From Gracilinanus agilis (lineage: Eukaryota), in NCBI RefSeq assembly GCF_016433145.1, contig NC_058132.1:598380339-598444338 (forward strand): a DNA stretch of 64,000 bases. Direction: 5' to 3'. The translations under genes and the position numbers were made by a program. Numbering within the stretch: position 1 is the stretch's first letter; the number at the start of each line of letters is the position of its first letter. The notes under the pieces are model-generated. The model was not told the DNA's origin. It made no database searches and saw only the letters and a program-made list of their open reading frames with translations. Positions 12,421 to 25,404 of this stretch are shown here, one piece after another.

Positions 12421-13062
12421 CTTTCTGTAGACAGACCCAGTTCCTTCCTTTTCAGGAGGAAACTTAAAACTATTTTAAGCTCTAATTGTAGATCTGTCCT
12501 TTTCCTATTCTTTTTTCCTCTGTGTAAATCTTGTGTACTCTTCAGCAATCTGACACAGACTGAGCCTCCCCTTCATCATCTAAGAAGCATTTTTATCCCA
12601 CAGTAACTTACTCCAATCAATTGATCATTTAATCAATAAGCATGTAGGAAGTATTTACTAGGAAATAAGCACTGGGCTAAGTGCAGGTGATAGAAAGAAA
12701 AACAAAACCAATACATACCCTCAAGGAGCTTATATTCTAATGGATTGACCACATATATAAATAGGTTCAGAGAAGATGGAAGTTGACCTTAGAGGTTAGC
12801 ACTGGCAGTCAAGAGACTCAGGAAAGACCAACTGCAGAAGATAACTTCTGGGTATGGTCTTGAAGGAAGCAAACAATTCTAAGAGTTGAGGATAAAGGGG
12901 GAGAATATTCCAGATATGGGGGACAGCCAGTACATAGATGTGGGAGAATGGAAATGCAGAATTATGTGTGAGGAATACCAAGTAAGCCTGCATGGATGAA
13001 CTAGAGAATGTGTGGGAAGGAATATTGCTGAAGGAAACTAGAAATACCAGGAAGGTCTAAAC

Positions 13063-13255
13063 TAGTGATTCCCAAAGTAGGCGCTACTGCCTCCTGGTGG
13101 GTGCTGCAGCGATCCAGGGGAGTGATGATGGTCACAAGTGAATTTATCTTTCCTATTAATTGCTATTAAAATTTAAAAAAATTAATTTCCAAGGGGCTAA
13201 GTAATATTTTTTCTGGAAAGGGGGAGGTAGGCCAAAAAAAGTTTGGGAACCACTG
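13063..13255. mobile_element. hAT/Charlie-type MITE (family CAGTGATTCCCAAA)
   Basis: TIRs tagtgattcccaaa / tttgggaaccactg; 8-bp TSD gtctaaac/gtctagac; homologous to 22761-22952. Confidence 0.92.
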
Positions 13256-13320
13256 GTCTAGACTGTAAAAAGCTTAAATGCCAAATACCAAAGTTTATAT
13301 TTGATCTTAAAGGTAATAGG

Positions 13321-13572
13321 GATGCAGGTAGGTGGCACAATGGATAGATCGCTGAGCTTGAAGTCAGGAAGATTTATCTTCTGGAGTTCAAGGCTGACCT
13401 CACTTTTTAGCATTGTGATCCCGAGCAAGTCATTCAACCTCGTTTTCCCAAATTTCTTCATCTGTAAAATGAGCTGGAAAAGGAAGTGGCAAGTTGCACC
13501 AGTATCTTTGCCAAGAAAACTCCAAATGGGGTCATGAAGAGTCAGACACAATCGAAACAACTAGAAAACAAC
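13321..13572 (+). mobile_element. MAR1-type SINE
   Basis: Full head, CORE and tail; TSD aaaggtaataggga/aaaggcaataggga. Confidence 0.9.
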
Positions 13573-13649
13573 AAAAGGCAATAGGGAGCTAATGGAGTTA
13601 CTTCACAAGGTGGGTGCAGTACTTAAGCATGATATAAATGTAAGTTATT

Positions 13650-14125
13650 ATGTAGTAGAAGTAGATCTGGTCTTAGTCAGATATGGGTTTAAATCTTGAA
13701 TCTGCCATGTACTACTTGTGCAGCCTTGGATTAATTCCTGAAAGATCCAAGGTTCTCTGGGACCCAGTTCCTTTATCTGTAAAATGAGGGGGGTACATCA
13801 GAAAGAGTAGAACCCTGGTTCAAATCTCACCTCCGCCTCTTACTCTCTATGTGATATTGGTCAAATCATATAATCTCCTTGTGCCTCAGTGTCTTCATTT
13901 ATACAAATGAGGGGGTTGGACCAGAGGGCTTCTAAAGTTCTTTGGAACTCTAAATCTATATACTAAATGCTTTAATTCTTCTGAGCCTTAGTTCCTCATA
14001 TATAAAATGAGGGGGTTGGACTGGGTACTCTCTAGGGTCTCATGCAGCTTTAAATCAAAGAAGCAATGATCTATGATCCTATGACTCTCTAAGGTCCTTT
14101 ACATCTCTAAATTCTATAAGCCTAT
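13650..14125 (+). mobile_element. Cluster of MIR/MIR3-like SINE fragments
   Basis: Repeated ...aaaatgagggggttggac...tctaaggtcc...tctaaat cores. Confidence 0.65.
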
Positions 14126-15245
14126 TATTTGGCCTAAAATTGTATAGAAGTGGGGGAAGGGAGCTGATGGATGCCCTGGAGAGGTCAGAATCTAGCTTGT
14201 GGTAGCTCACTGAGTGATCCCCAGGCTCTAAAGGAGAAAGGGGGATTGGGACTTCATTAAGTAAAGATTACCCCATAGAGAGAGCAGGTCTGGAAACTCA
14301 GTTGGTGGGGTGGTTTCCTTGCGGCAGCTCAGAGCATAATTCTTTCCAGGCTATCACCACTCCCCCTCAGCAAATTTAAGGAGCCTACAAGCTCTAGTCT
14401 GTCATCCCAGAATAGCCATTCCAGAGTATTAGCTGCCATGAGCCCAGCACTGACCCCTAGAGAACACCATTTATTATCTGCCTCCATGGGTAGACACTGA
14501 CCCATCAATAACCCCAAGCTATTACAAGCCTCCAGCCAGCTGAGCACCCCCAGCCTGGCCACGTGCAGCCCAGAAAACAGTCTCAGTATAACCGACATGG
14601 AAATGAAGATTCCATTTGTATAAAATTTGATAAAGTAAAACTAAAATGAAATAAAATAAAAGGTTTCCGGGGTGTTACAAATTATTGAATATTCCACATT
14701 TCAATGGATTCTCACAGGGTGCCCCGGGTCTCATTTTCATTTTCTTTCTTTCCTTCTTTGTGGCTGAAAATGAAAGGGTTAGCTTTTCAGTGCTTCCCTG
14801 GAAACTGAACTCCCACCACTTCTCTTAAATCAATTCCCCAGACAGTCCCATCTCCTCTGCCAGGGCCTGTGCAACCAGTGCACAAGGGATTCATCAACCT
14901 AAACAGCTGCAACCATTCTCAGTAAAGGCTAAAAGAGGGAACTAACTGACCTGGCCTTGGTCCACATGTCCAACCGGGCAGGTTCAAAAGAAACCTGGGC
15001 AGGGAGGCCGTTTTCCTATCCCAGACTCCTCAGGGCTGTTCATGATATATTAGGTACTAGCATTTATTAAGTGCCTGGTACGGCCAACACTGCATGTTAT
15101 CTATTTTAAAAAATAAAACAAAATTCCCTGAGCTCAGGGAAAAACTGGTTCAACAAGGACAAAGGAGACACAGTCACAGATTGACTCAAAATTTAAACAA
15201 AAACCCATAATTCCATTTGGTACGTGTACTCCTCCTCACCTCCCA

Positions 15246-15246
<1 letters not shown>

Positions 15247-15293
<47 letters not shown>
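15247..15293. repeat. (AC)n microsatellite
   Basis: Perfect run. Confidence 0.98.
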
Positions 15294-15294
<1 letters not shown>

Positions 15295-15852
15295 CCCTCC
15301 ACTGTGCATGGTCTCTCTGAGGCTGCTGAGGCTGGTTCCATCTCTAAGGGAAACTGATGCAGCAAGAGCTAAAGCCCCTCTCATGTAGACCTTGGATGAT
15401 GTGACAGCATGGCACTGTGCAGAGAACACTGGATTTGGAATAAGATATCCTGAATTCCAAACCGAGCTCTGCTACTTACAGTCTGAGTATTACTGATGTA
15501 GAAAAGAAGATTCCATTTGTATAAAATCTGGGAAAGGAAGAAAAAAAACTGTTGGGCTGTTATTACCAACATGACTTTAAGTAAGTTTTAATTGGCCCCT
15601 GGAGCCTCAGTTTGCCTCTCTTTAAAAGGATCAGGTACTCTCTAAGATCCTTTCCAGCTTTCTATGATAGGACCTTAGGAATAGCGACAATATCATTACA
15701 GCTTTTAAAGGTGTGTGACTGGGATAGCCAATACCTTGGAAAATAGGGTCAAAATTATAAGGCACAAGGGGTAAAGGAGAGAACCCTAGACTTATAATTA
15801 AAATACCTGGATTCAAATCCCCACTCTACCACTGGCTACCTTTGGCAATCCA

Positions 15853-16093
15853 CAGGGTTCTCAACCTAAGATACATATCCTCCCCCAGTACATTCTATGA
15901 TAGATAGATTTCAGGGGGTCCATAACCTAGGGATGGAAAAACATTCACATCTTTATTTTCATTAGTTTTGTATTTCCTTTGTAATCTTATGGATTTTACT
16001 TTGTGCATTAAAGACATTATTTTGGGAAAGGATGCATAAGCTTCACAAGAATGCCAAAGGGGTCCATGACACCAAAAAGGTTAAGAATCCCTG
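15853..16093. mobile_element. Charlie4z-like hAT MITE
   Basis: cagggttctcaacct...gatagatttcagggggtcc...tgccaaaggggtccatgacaccaaaaaggttaagaatccctg. Confidence 0.8.
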
Positions 16094-16769
16094 CCATAGA
16101 GTCTTAGACCTAGAAAAGTCCTTGCAGAGAAACCACTAGAACTGCTCTCATTTTATAAATTGTAAAATTATAAATTATGAAATCATTTTAAAAATTAAGT
16201 CTGAGAGATGTTAACTTTTCTAAGGACCTCTGGTTAGAAAAAGGCATTCCTTCCAAGATGCTGTCTCTATTTATAGGGCCATAGCCTACAAAGCTGGAGA
16301 GCATCTTAGAGGTCACCTCTGGGTCTCCTTTTTATCCTTCTCCACTTGGACTCTATCCCCTATACAATGCTGTTATTCTAAGTCATTTTAGTGCTTAGAG
16401 CCTCATCTCCTTCATCTACAAAATGGGGCTAATAACATGCTTATCTCCAAGTGTTTATGGTGAGAATCTAGTGACATAAGCAAATAAAAATGCTGAAAAC
16501 TGAAAACCTTAAAGTGAGACAAAGGTTTAACTTAATAATCAGTGCCTTTGGCAATCAGAAACAAAATAGATAATTTCAACAAGTATAGAGAAGCATATCC
16601 AATAAAGAAACATAAGTTATCAGGAAATAGTTGAGAAAGTAGGATTATTAATCAAAGTAGACAATAGACTGAGTTAGCCATGTGGTTAGTATTTTTTTTT
16701 CTGATTTTAATTAGCAAGCATTTCTATAACATTGAAAAGGTTGGGGCATGAGGGGAGGGGGAACATTAC

Positions 16770-17545
16770 ACAATGAAACTCAGGGAATCTCAGCCACCAT
16801 ATCTGGACCCTGATTGGAAGAGTGTGTCCAGTTCTAGGCAACATAGCTAAAGAAAGAAGAGAAGACTTTTGGAAAAGATGCAAAGGAAAACAACCAAGAA
16901 AAAAAAAAAGATTAAAGGATTAAAAAAAATAAGACCTTAGAAGGAAGATTTAAGTACTTGGGTTTGTTCAATTTACAAAATGGGATGACTTGAATAACAC
17001 TGGGATTCTCAAATCTCCAAAGGACCTTTTTTAAAAAGTGTTTTATTATATATTTTCCAATTACGTGTAGGTACAATTTTAATAATCATTTTGCAACATT
17101 TTGTAATCCATGTTCTCTCCTGCTGGGATGGAGAGAAGGATCCTCCCTTCCTTTCCCCCCAAGATGGTAGATTCACATTATACATATGCTATCATGCAAC
17201 ATATTTCCATATCCATCATGTTATAAAAGAAGACACATGTCACTTATTCTAAAGAAAAATTCATGAAGGAAATAAAATAAAGAATGGTAGGGTTCACTCT
17301 GCATTCATATTCTGCTTTCTAAGGCTGTAGATAGCCTTTTTTTCATCAATGAGTCCCTTGGAATTTTCTTGGATCCTTGCATTGCTGATAGAAGTTAAGT
17401 CGTTCACAGATGATCGTCGTACATTATTATACAAAGGACTTTTTCCCAAAGGGTGATGGCCAGATGGTCTTCATTGCCCCTGAGGTCAGAACAAGAGGAA
17501 ACATGCTTAAATTGAAGAAAGAGGAATTCAGGTTACTCGGGAAGA
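16770..17545 (+). mobile_element. CR1/L3 3' relic split by an antisense L1 3' end (~17030-17430)
   Basis: CR1-like ggaagagtgtgtccagttctagg and gaggtcagaacaagaggaaac...aggaattcagg; L1 bounded by caaaggacc tttt / caaaggact tttt. Confidence 0.65.
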
Positions 17546-17974
17546 GTAATGAGACCACTGGGAGACCTGGGTTCCAGTCCTTACACTCTCCCATGACCAA
17601 TGGAGTGAACAGGAACAAGCCATTCTACCTCTTGGGGCTTTGTTTTTCTCTGTCTGCAAAATGGAGATATCCCTTACAATACCTTTACAAATCAATTAAC
17701 AACAAGCATTTATGAAGCCTAGTTAAGTGCCATGAAACATTCCACACACTCAGAATGGAGAAAACAATTGGAAAAAGCTCTTGCACTCAAGGAACTAAAG
17801 TTCTGATGAAGGAACTTCCATACTCTACCATTCAAGATAAGTTCCTACTGTGTGTGTGAACAAATAGGTCTGTCTAAGTCTATCAGAACTTGGTTTTAAA
17901 AGGCTTTACATGCAAATGGAGAAATTTGTATCCTACATGTGTCATGCCACTTCAACAAGTGATTTCCAAGTGCT

Positions 17975-18115
17975 TATATATATATATATATATATATATA
18001 TGCCAGTCTTTGAACTAAGCATTAGAGATGTACAGAAAGACAAGAAATAATTCATAATCTAATGGGGGAGATAGCTATGTACAATCAAGATGTGTATAAA
18101 TAGGCATATATATAC

Positions 18116-18151
<36 letters not shown>
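17975..18151. repeat. Two (TA)n microsatellites within an L2 relic
   Basis: TA runs at 17975-18001 and 18106-18151. Confidence 0.9.
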
Positions 18152-18154
<3 letters not shown>

Positions 18155-18254
18155 ATAGAGATAATCTTAGAGGACAGAGAATAGCATTAAGGGGGAATCA
18201 GGAATAGTATCTTGCAGAAGGTACTACATATTTAATAGCACAATAGTAAGGAAA

Positions 18255-18780
18255 GCATTTTTATTTATTTTTTATTTTTTAGAAAAAATTTTTCCATGTT
18301 TCCATGATTTATGTTCTTACTCTTTCCCCCCCACCCCTGTAGCCGATGCACATTTCCACTGGTTTCTTCATGTGTCATTGATCAAGATCTATTTCCATAT
18401 TATTGATAGTTGTACTAGAGTGGTCATTTAGAGTCTACTTTCCAAATCATGTCTACATCAACCCATGTATTCAAGCAGTTGTTTTTCTTCTGTGCTTTCA
18501 CCCCTGTAGTTCTTCCTCTGAATGTGAATATTGTTCTTTCTCATAAGTCCCTCAGAATTGTCCTGGATTATTGAATTGCTGCTGGTAGAAAAGTCCATTA
18601 CATTCGATTTTACCACAGTGTATCAGTCTCTGTGTACAATGTTCTCCTGGTTCTGCTTTTTTCACTCTGCATCAATTCCTGGAGTTCTTTCCAGTTCACA
18701 TGGAATTCCTCCAGTTTATTATTCCTTTGAGCACAATAGTATTCCATCACCAATAGATATCACAATTTGTTCAGCCATTG
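18255..18780 (-). mobile_element. 5'-truncated L1_Mdo-type 3' end
   Basis: High similarity to 5209-5701 and 56548-57084. Confidence 0.9.
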
Positions 18781-19016
18781 TAATTGAAGCAGTGTGGTAC
18801 ACTGGAAAGAGTCCTAGTTCTGGAGTCAGAGCATTTCAGTTCTAATCCTGTCTCTGACATAGTATATTCTATGATCTTAGGCAAGGTCTTAGTTTCCTTA
18901 TTTATAAAATGAAAACACCAGGAGATGGATTCTCAAGTCCCTTCTAGCTCTTGATCTATAATGTTTTATATGGGCTATCATTCTATAAAGATAGATTTAT
19001 GAACAATAAGAGTTTT

Positions 19017-19272
19017 CAGGCAACTAGGTGGCCCAATATATGGAGTGCTGGATCTGGAGTCGGAAAGGGTCATCTTTCTGAGTTAAAATCTGACCTCAGA
19101 CACTTACTGGCTACGTGATCCTGGACATGTCACCTAACCCTGGTTGCCTCAATTTCCTTATTGTAAAATGAGCTAAAGAAGGAAATAGCAAAAAACCATT
19201 CCGTTATTTTTGCCAAGAAATCCTCAAATGGGGTTATAAAGAGGCAGATACCACTTCATGATTGAACAACAA
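19017..19272 (+). mobile_element. MAR1-type SINE
   Basis: ggcaactaggtggc head, CORE, aaggaaatagcaaa...ttgccaagaaa tail. Confidence 0.85.
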
Positions 19273-19455
19273 GTTGTTGAAGGAAACCATGGAGGACTTA
19301 CAAAGCTGTACACCAAATTAACAGACTTCAAAGAACTAGGCAAGTACTGTTGGGTTTGGGTGAGATTAACTAAAGATTACTTATCAAAGAAACTGTGAAC
19401 CTGGTTTTGAGGAAGGTAAAATATTGCAGAAAATTAATATTGAAAATTGTGATAT

Positions 19456-20196
19456 TGTCGTGAAATAATTTTCCCTTAGGTCAACTTAAGTCAAGGCTGA
19501 GGCTATACTCAATTTCTCCCCCCACCGGTATGAAAATGGTTTGGGATCTGCTGTCTTTGTAAAGGATAAAAGAATTGAAGGTAGGGCTCACTAGCCATGT
19601 TGAGCTCATTTAAAGTATAGTGGTTCGGCGGCAGCTGGGTGGTTCATTGGATTGAGAGTCAGGCCCAGAGACAGGAGGTGGTGGGTTCAGATCTGGCCTC
19701 AGACACTTCCTAACCAACTTCCTAGATATATGACCCTGGGCAAGTCACTTAACCCCCATTGCCTAGCCCTTACCACTCTTCTGCCTTAGAACCAATACCC
19801 ATTATCTATTATAAGATGGAAGGTAAGGGTTTTAAAAAATAAAAAAATATATAAAAAATTAATAATAAAGTACAATGGTTCAGCCACATGGAAAATGTTC
19901 TAGTGTCTTCCAGGTCACAGCAAAGATGCTCCCCTCTTGTGATGAAGTAATAAGTGAAGAGTTGGGGTCTCTAAGTCCACCTCCTCTGTGGCTATTTGCC
20001 AATCAGAGATGTCTTGGGATGATCAGGAGAGGGACTGGATGCTGAGTTCACCAGGGATATAGAGAGTTGTGCTAAAGGAGGGGAGGTCTTTGGGGATTGT
20101 GATGAGACAACTGAGCAGATTAAGATGTCTTGACCAGTCAATTAATAAATTAATTTAAAATTAAGAAATACTATCTCAAGAATTTCAGTTGTAACA
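19456..20196 (+). mobile_element. Solo LTR (family B) with an internal SINE1 insertion
   Basis: tgtcgtg...ttgtaaca (TG...CA), exact 4-bp TSD atat, CCAAT box, AATAAA near the 3' end. Confidence 0.75.
19627..19866 (+). mobile_element. SINE1_Mdo-type SINE
   Basis: Full length; TSD aaagtatagtggttc/aaagtacaatggttc. Confidence 0.95.
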
Positions 20197-20199
20197 ATA

Positions 20200-20440
20200 T
20201 GTATATTGTATACAACATGTATACAATGTATATATAAATATAGCTATATAGAATAAATCTACATTATATAGTCATTGTGTCTATAAAGATACATCATTGT
20301 ATGTACATGTACACATATATGCATCTACATGTGTGCGCATGTATCAATATGTTGTACATATCTATAGAGTTGTTTTGGCAAGTATACATGTGTGCACGTG
20401 TGTTTACATATACTGTCTATTTATGTGAATGTATATATGA
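20200..20440. repeat. TA/TG/CA low-complexity tract
   Basis: Decayed alternating purine-pyrimidine repeats. Confidence 0.75.
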
Positions 20441-20559
20441 ATAACTCAGCAGAAAGGAAGGAAAGGAGCATTTCAGATCCAAAAAATGATTCATAGCAAG
20501 CCACAGAAACAAGAATAGTGAAGTTTCTTAAAAGGGAGAGCTAGCAGATGGCTTGGCTT

Positions 20560-20852
20560 TGTAAGATTGAAATTAATATCTAATAACTCCAAGTATTATA
20601 TTTTATAAGATTTATTAATAATCACTTGAAATGGGAAAAATACAAGAACAAAAGTAAAAGTTTGAGTAAAGATATGTGAGAAAAATTCTCCTGCCCCAGA
20701 CTCATCCCACCTCCACAAACAGCCATCAGGGGAGAAGAGAGGGAGGGACGGAGCTCTGCAAAACTTATATCCTCCCTACGTTAGCACATAATATGAGAGG
20801 GAGCATGGGAAGCTGGGATTTAGAGTTCTGAGGAGCAAATCCTAATTACCCA
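20560..20852 (-). mobile_element. Solo ERV LTR (family A)
   Basis: Reverse complement tgggtaatt...gggaggatataag...aatcttaca aligns with 2867-3154; TSD gctt/actt. Confidence 0.85.
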
Positions 20853-22760
20853 ACTTGAGTCAAAAATGTAAGAAAAGTGATCTAGAAACAAAAAGAGTAA
20901 AAACAGGGAGAGAAAGAAACCTCTGAAGGCTGGTCAAGGCATTCAATTTTAAGTGAAAAGGAAAATCACTAAGTGACCAAACAAGAATAACAGTAAAAAA
21001 CAACAACAACAACAATAACAAAAAACAACCCAGTTGTTTAGAAAAACTGTTGTGGAAGCTATGATTGGAGAGGTTGGAAAAGAGAAGGCAAGAAGAGAGG
21101 TTATAGGGGAGTTTATGAATCAGTTTGCATGTGAAAGGACAAGACCTATATTATAATAGTGCCTGAAAAATAAAATTGGGGAGAATCCAACTGCAGTATG
21201 GAAACAGATCAGGAAGTCTTGACAATGAATTGGATATGGGGGAAAGAAAAGTGATCATAGATTGATTACAGACATGTATTAAAAACTTATAGAGAGACTA
21301 CTGGAGCAGCCTATTAATTGACCTCTTTGCTTCAGACTCTCCCCTTTTCTATCTCTCCACAAAGGTGCAATATAATTTTTTGAAGTCCCTGATCTGAATC
21401 TATTCCTCAATATTGAAAAACTTTCTATGGTTCCCTCAGATTATGTAAACTCCTTTAGGGCAGGGACTGTCTTGTGCATCCCTCGTGTTTAAGACCTGGC
21501 ACATAGTAGGCACTTAATAAATGTTTATTGGTTAATTGATCTCACTTCTTGGATAAAACATAAAATCTTCTGCCTAGCATTTAAAGTCCTCCCCAAAATG
21601 ACTCCAATCCACCTTTCCAGTCTTATATCATGTTACACCATCTTAATGGCAGATCAGTGATACCAGAAGAGCAAGTTGGACCAGGAGTCAGGAAGATTTG
21701 AACTTTAATCTTGGCTCAGAAACTTACAAAATGTATGATCCTTGGCAAATCACTTAGTCTCTCTCAGTTTCCTCATCTGTAAAATGGAGATAAGGATATC
21801 ACCTACCTCACGAGATTGATATGAGGATTAAATAAGATAATTATAAAGTACTCTAGAAGTAGTGGTTATTATTATACATTCCATGTTCCAGACAGCTACA
21901 CTACTAAGTTCTTTTCACTCTGCATTCCCTCTCTGGGCATTCTCACAAGTCAGTTACCATGCTTGGAATGAATTTCCCTCCTGTCCATCATCTCTTAATG
22001 CTAATCTTTGAACCTTAGATGTGGTACCATCTAGTGTGGGAAGCTACCCATGATCTTTCCCTCTCCACCTTGTTAGTATTCTCTCCTTCCTCAAACTACC
22101 CAACAGAATATAAACTTCTCAAGACCAAGGACTGTTTCGTTTTCATCTTTATATCCCCAGTGCCTTAGCAACAGTGCCTTGAACATAGTAAACACTTCAT
22201 AAATATTTTTCAGATTGAATTGAATGTGCATTGCTTATGCTACTATAATGAGCCCTGGAATGGAGAATGAAGAGAATGTTGCTGCTATTGATAGCAATGG
22301 AGAAATGTGGAAATCAATCAATCTATAAGTATTTATTAAGTCACTGCTATCTGCCAGGAACTGTGCTAAGTGTTTGTGTTATAAGTACAAAAATGAAGCA
22401 ATCCTTACTCCTAATAAGCTTATATAACATGAGTGTTCTTAGGGAATCTGATGAAATCGTCTTTAGAATGATGTTTCAGCTGTCTGTGGCATATCCAAAT
22501 AAAAATGTCCTATAGATATTGGAGAACCAGCTCTAAAAAAAAAAGATAGTGGCAGGGCAGGTCATGGAGATTTTTGAGTTTTCTTCTCGTGCCTCTATGG
22601 TTCCAGATTTTAGAAGCAAATCAGCCATCCTGCTACCACCCAGTTTCTCAGTTTACCTTTGAGATTTTTAATCTACTTAAATGAACATTTATTTTGAATC
22701 CTAACTAGACCTTTCTATTTAGATATCCAACCCACACCTCCAAATGATTATGTTCTAAAG

Positions 22761-22952
22761 CAGTGATTCCCAAAGTGGGCGCCACTGCTCCCTGGTGGGT
22801 GCTGCAGCAATCCAAGGGAGTGGTGATGGCCACAGGTGAATTTATCTTTCCTATTAATTGCTATTAAAATTAAAAAAAATAATTTCCAGGGGGCTAAGTA
22901 ATATTTTTTTCTGGAAAGGGGGCAGTAGGCCAAAAATGTTTGGGAACCACTG
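22761..22952. mobile_element. hAT/Charlie-type MITE (same family as 13063)
   Basis: TIRs cagtgattcccaaa / tttgggaaccactg; degenerate TSD ttctaaag/ctctaaga. Confidence 0.92.
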
Positions 22953-24014
22953 CTCTAAGATCAAATTCAACATTCAACTTTCTTTTTTCCTTTTTCTGTT
23001 TTTTCAATGATCTCATCCTATTTATAGAAACCCTTAGTTCAGAACATGAACTTCACCTTTGATTTCTTTCTTTTCCTAGAACCTCTACATGCAATCAGTC
23101 ACTTAAACTTCCCAGTGCTATTGTGAAAAAGGCACTATACTGGGGAATCTGGAAAAGAGTTTAGGGTAAAAAGAAGTATTTCTAAAATACCTACTATGTG
23201 CCAGGCACTGTGCTTTTACAAATATTTCATTTGATCCCCAAAGCAATGTTGGGATATAAATGGTAATATCCCACTTTACAGTTGGGGAAACTGAGGCAGA
23301 TTGAGGTTAAGTGATTGCTTTGGATTGTACAAGCTAGTATCTGAGTTAGGAGAGATCGTTATGAATGTGATGGCCAAAGAGGTGTTTTAGGGAAGAGTTA
23401 GGACTTAGCTGAGGCCTTCAAGTCTGGCCTTCAGCCAGGTAAGAAGGGAGAGAGACCCCAACCAAAGCATCCCAGGCAGGGTCAATAGCATGAACGACTT
23501 CAGAAAGGAATATGAGAATTTTGAGCTAGAAGGGAGTTTAGAGATCTTCTAGTCCAACCCCATCATTTTACTAGTGAGGAAACAGGCTCAAGGGCATCAA
23601 GTGATTGGCCAAAGATCATCAAGTCAGTAACAAAGCCAGGACAAGAACCCAGTTCTTCTGACACTTTCTGGCCCAATACACTTTCCATAAGTAATGTACA
23701 ATGTGTTCAAGGTATGGTGTGTAAACCAGTATGGCTACCTCTAGGAGCTCCTGTAGGAAAAGGATATTAGGTTTGAAAAGCAGATTTGAGTCAGCTTTTA
23801 TTAGGGCCCTGAATTCCAGATGAAGATATTTGGTTTTTCCTTTGTAGGCACTGGGAGATTCATTGTAAATTTGTGAGCAGAGAAGTAACCCAGTCAACCA
23901 ATTAACAGACATTAAGCATTACCTACCCCACAGAATGGCTGTGAGGAAAGCGTTTCTGGAGTCAGAAGGGAAAGCCTTCTGCTCCACATCCAGCCTGGGA
24001 AAGACAGAGGAATG

Positions 24015-24236
24015 TTGTTCACTCATTTCATGGAATGTCCAACACTTTGTGACCTCACTCGGGGTTTGCTTGGCAAATATATTGGAGTGGCTTGCCATTT
24101 CCTTCTCCAGCTTATTTTACAGATGACAAAAAAGAGGCAAACAGGAGTAAACCCAGGGTCACACAGCTAGTGTGTGAGGTTAGATTCGAACTCAGGGAGA
24201 GGAACCTGCCTGACTTCAGACCCAGCACTCCATCCT
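24015..24236 (-). mobile_element. MAR1-type SINE
   Basis: ggagtggcttgccatttccttctccagc...ttttacagatga...cagggtcacacagctag. Confidence 0.8.
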
Positions 24237-25191
24237 TTATGCCTCCTACCTTCCCTAAGATTGGCTTTTAGTCCTACTTTTATTCCTGTCGATGACTGGC
24301 CAAATCATTATTTCTCCGAGCTTCATTTCCTTCAGTGGAAGAGATGCTCTCTAGTATTCCTTCCTGCTCTCTGTCTATTATTCTATGGTAGGCAGTGCAT
24401 ATACAGATATAGACAAATCTATATCTCTCTGTGTGCATATGTATCTACACACATTTATATGTGTGTAATACATATTATGTTACATATTATGCATATATTA
24501 TCTCATTTGATTCTTACAAATATAATATAAAGAAGGTAGGTACCATTATTACCCCCATTTTACAGATGAGGAAAGTGAAGCTGAGTTGTTTACTGAGGCA
24601 AGTTTAGTGATTTGTCTAGGGTCACACAGTTGGTTAAGTATGAAGCAGAACTAGAACTTAGGTCTTCTGGACTCCAAGCCCAGCCTTTCATTCATAACCA
24701 TCTGGTTCCACATGTGACCTTGCCCACAGCCTCAGTTTCTTCACACCCAAAATGTGAGGATAGGACTAAAGGAAATCTAGGATCCTTTCCCACTTTCAGT
24801 CCTATGAGCCTACAGTGAGCATGAAGATGCTCTTCTAGCAAGGAATGAGGTCAGTGGAAGCAAGCTTTGTGGTTCCCCCCTATTTTTTGAGTACAGTTCT
24901 CTAAAGGAACAATATCTGAGGTGTTCAAAAGGTGCTTGAGGGGGGCATTTTCTTTCTTGGCTCTAGCCTAGCTGGCAGTTCCTTCTCCTCTAAAACTATC
25001 TTTCATCTCTTCTGTACTGGGTATCCCAAAAGTCTTAGTGAAGTTTTAGTGCAATAGGTTTAAAAATGCACTAAGATTTTTGAGACACCCTGTATATATC
25101 TTGTATCTGGTTGTTTTCCCCATTAAAATGTGAGCTCCTTGAAGGCAGAGATCATTTTTTGCCTTTTCCCCTAGTTTAGGGTAGTACCTGA

Positions 25192-25404
25192 GGCAGCTAG
25201 GTGACTCAATGGATAAGGTGCTGAGCCTGGAGTCAGGAAGCCCTGAGTTCAAATGTGGCCTTAAACCCTTTCTAGCAGTGTGACTCTGGACAAGTCACTT
25301 AACCTGCCTGGCAAAAGGCTACACTGGAGAAGGAAACAGCAAACCACTCCAGTATCCTTGCCAAGAAAACCCCATGGAGAGCCATGACTGAACTGCACAA
25401 CAAG
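25192..25404 (+). mobile_element. MAR1-type SINE
   Basis: gaggcagctaggtg head; gaaggaaacagcaaaccactccagtatccttgccaagaaaacccc tail. Confidence 0.85.

Larger units (their letters stand above)
12620..13620 (-). mobile_element. L2 relic carrying nested hAT MITE and MAR1 insertions
   Basis: Starts tcaataagcat (reverse of L2 3' end); ccctcaaggagcttatattcta; continues across both insertions. Confidence 0.7.

Noticed and set aside
13650-14125. Regularly recurring motif resembling a spaced repeat array
   Set aside because: These are adjacent MIR-type SINE cores with variable spacing, not a CRISPR-like array.
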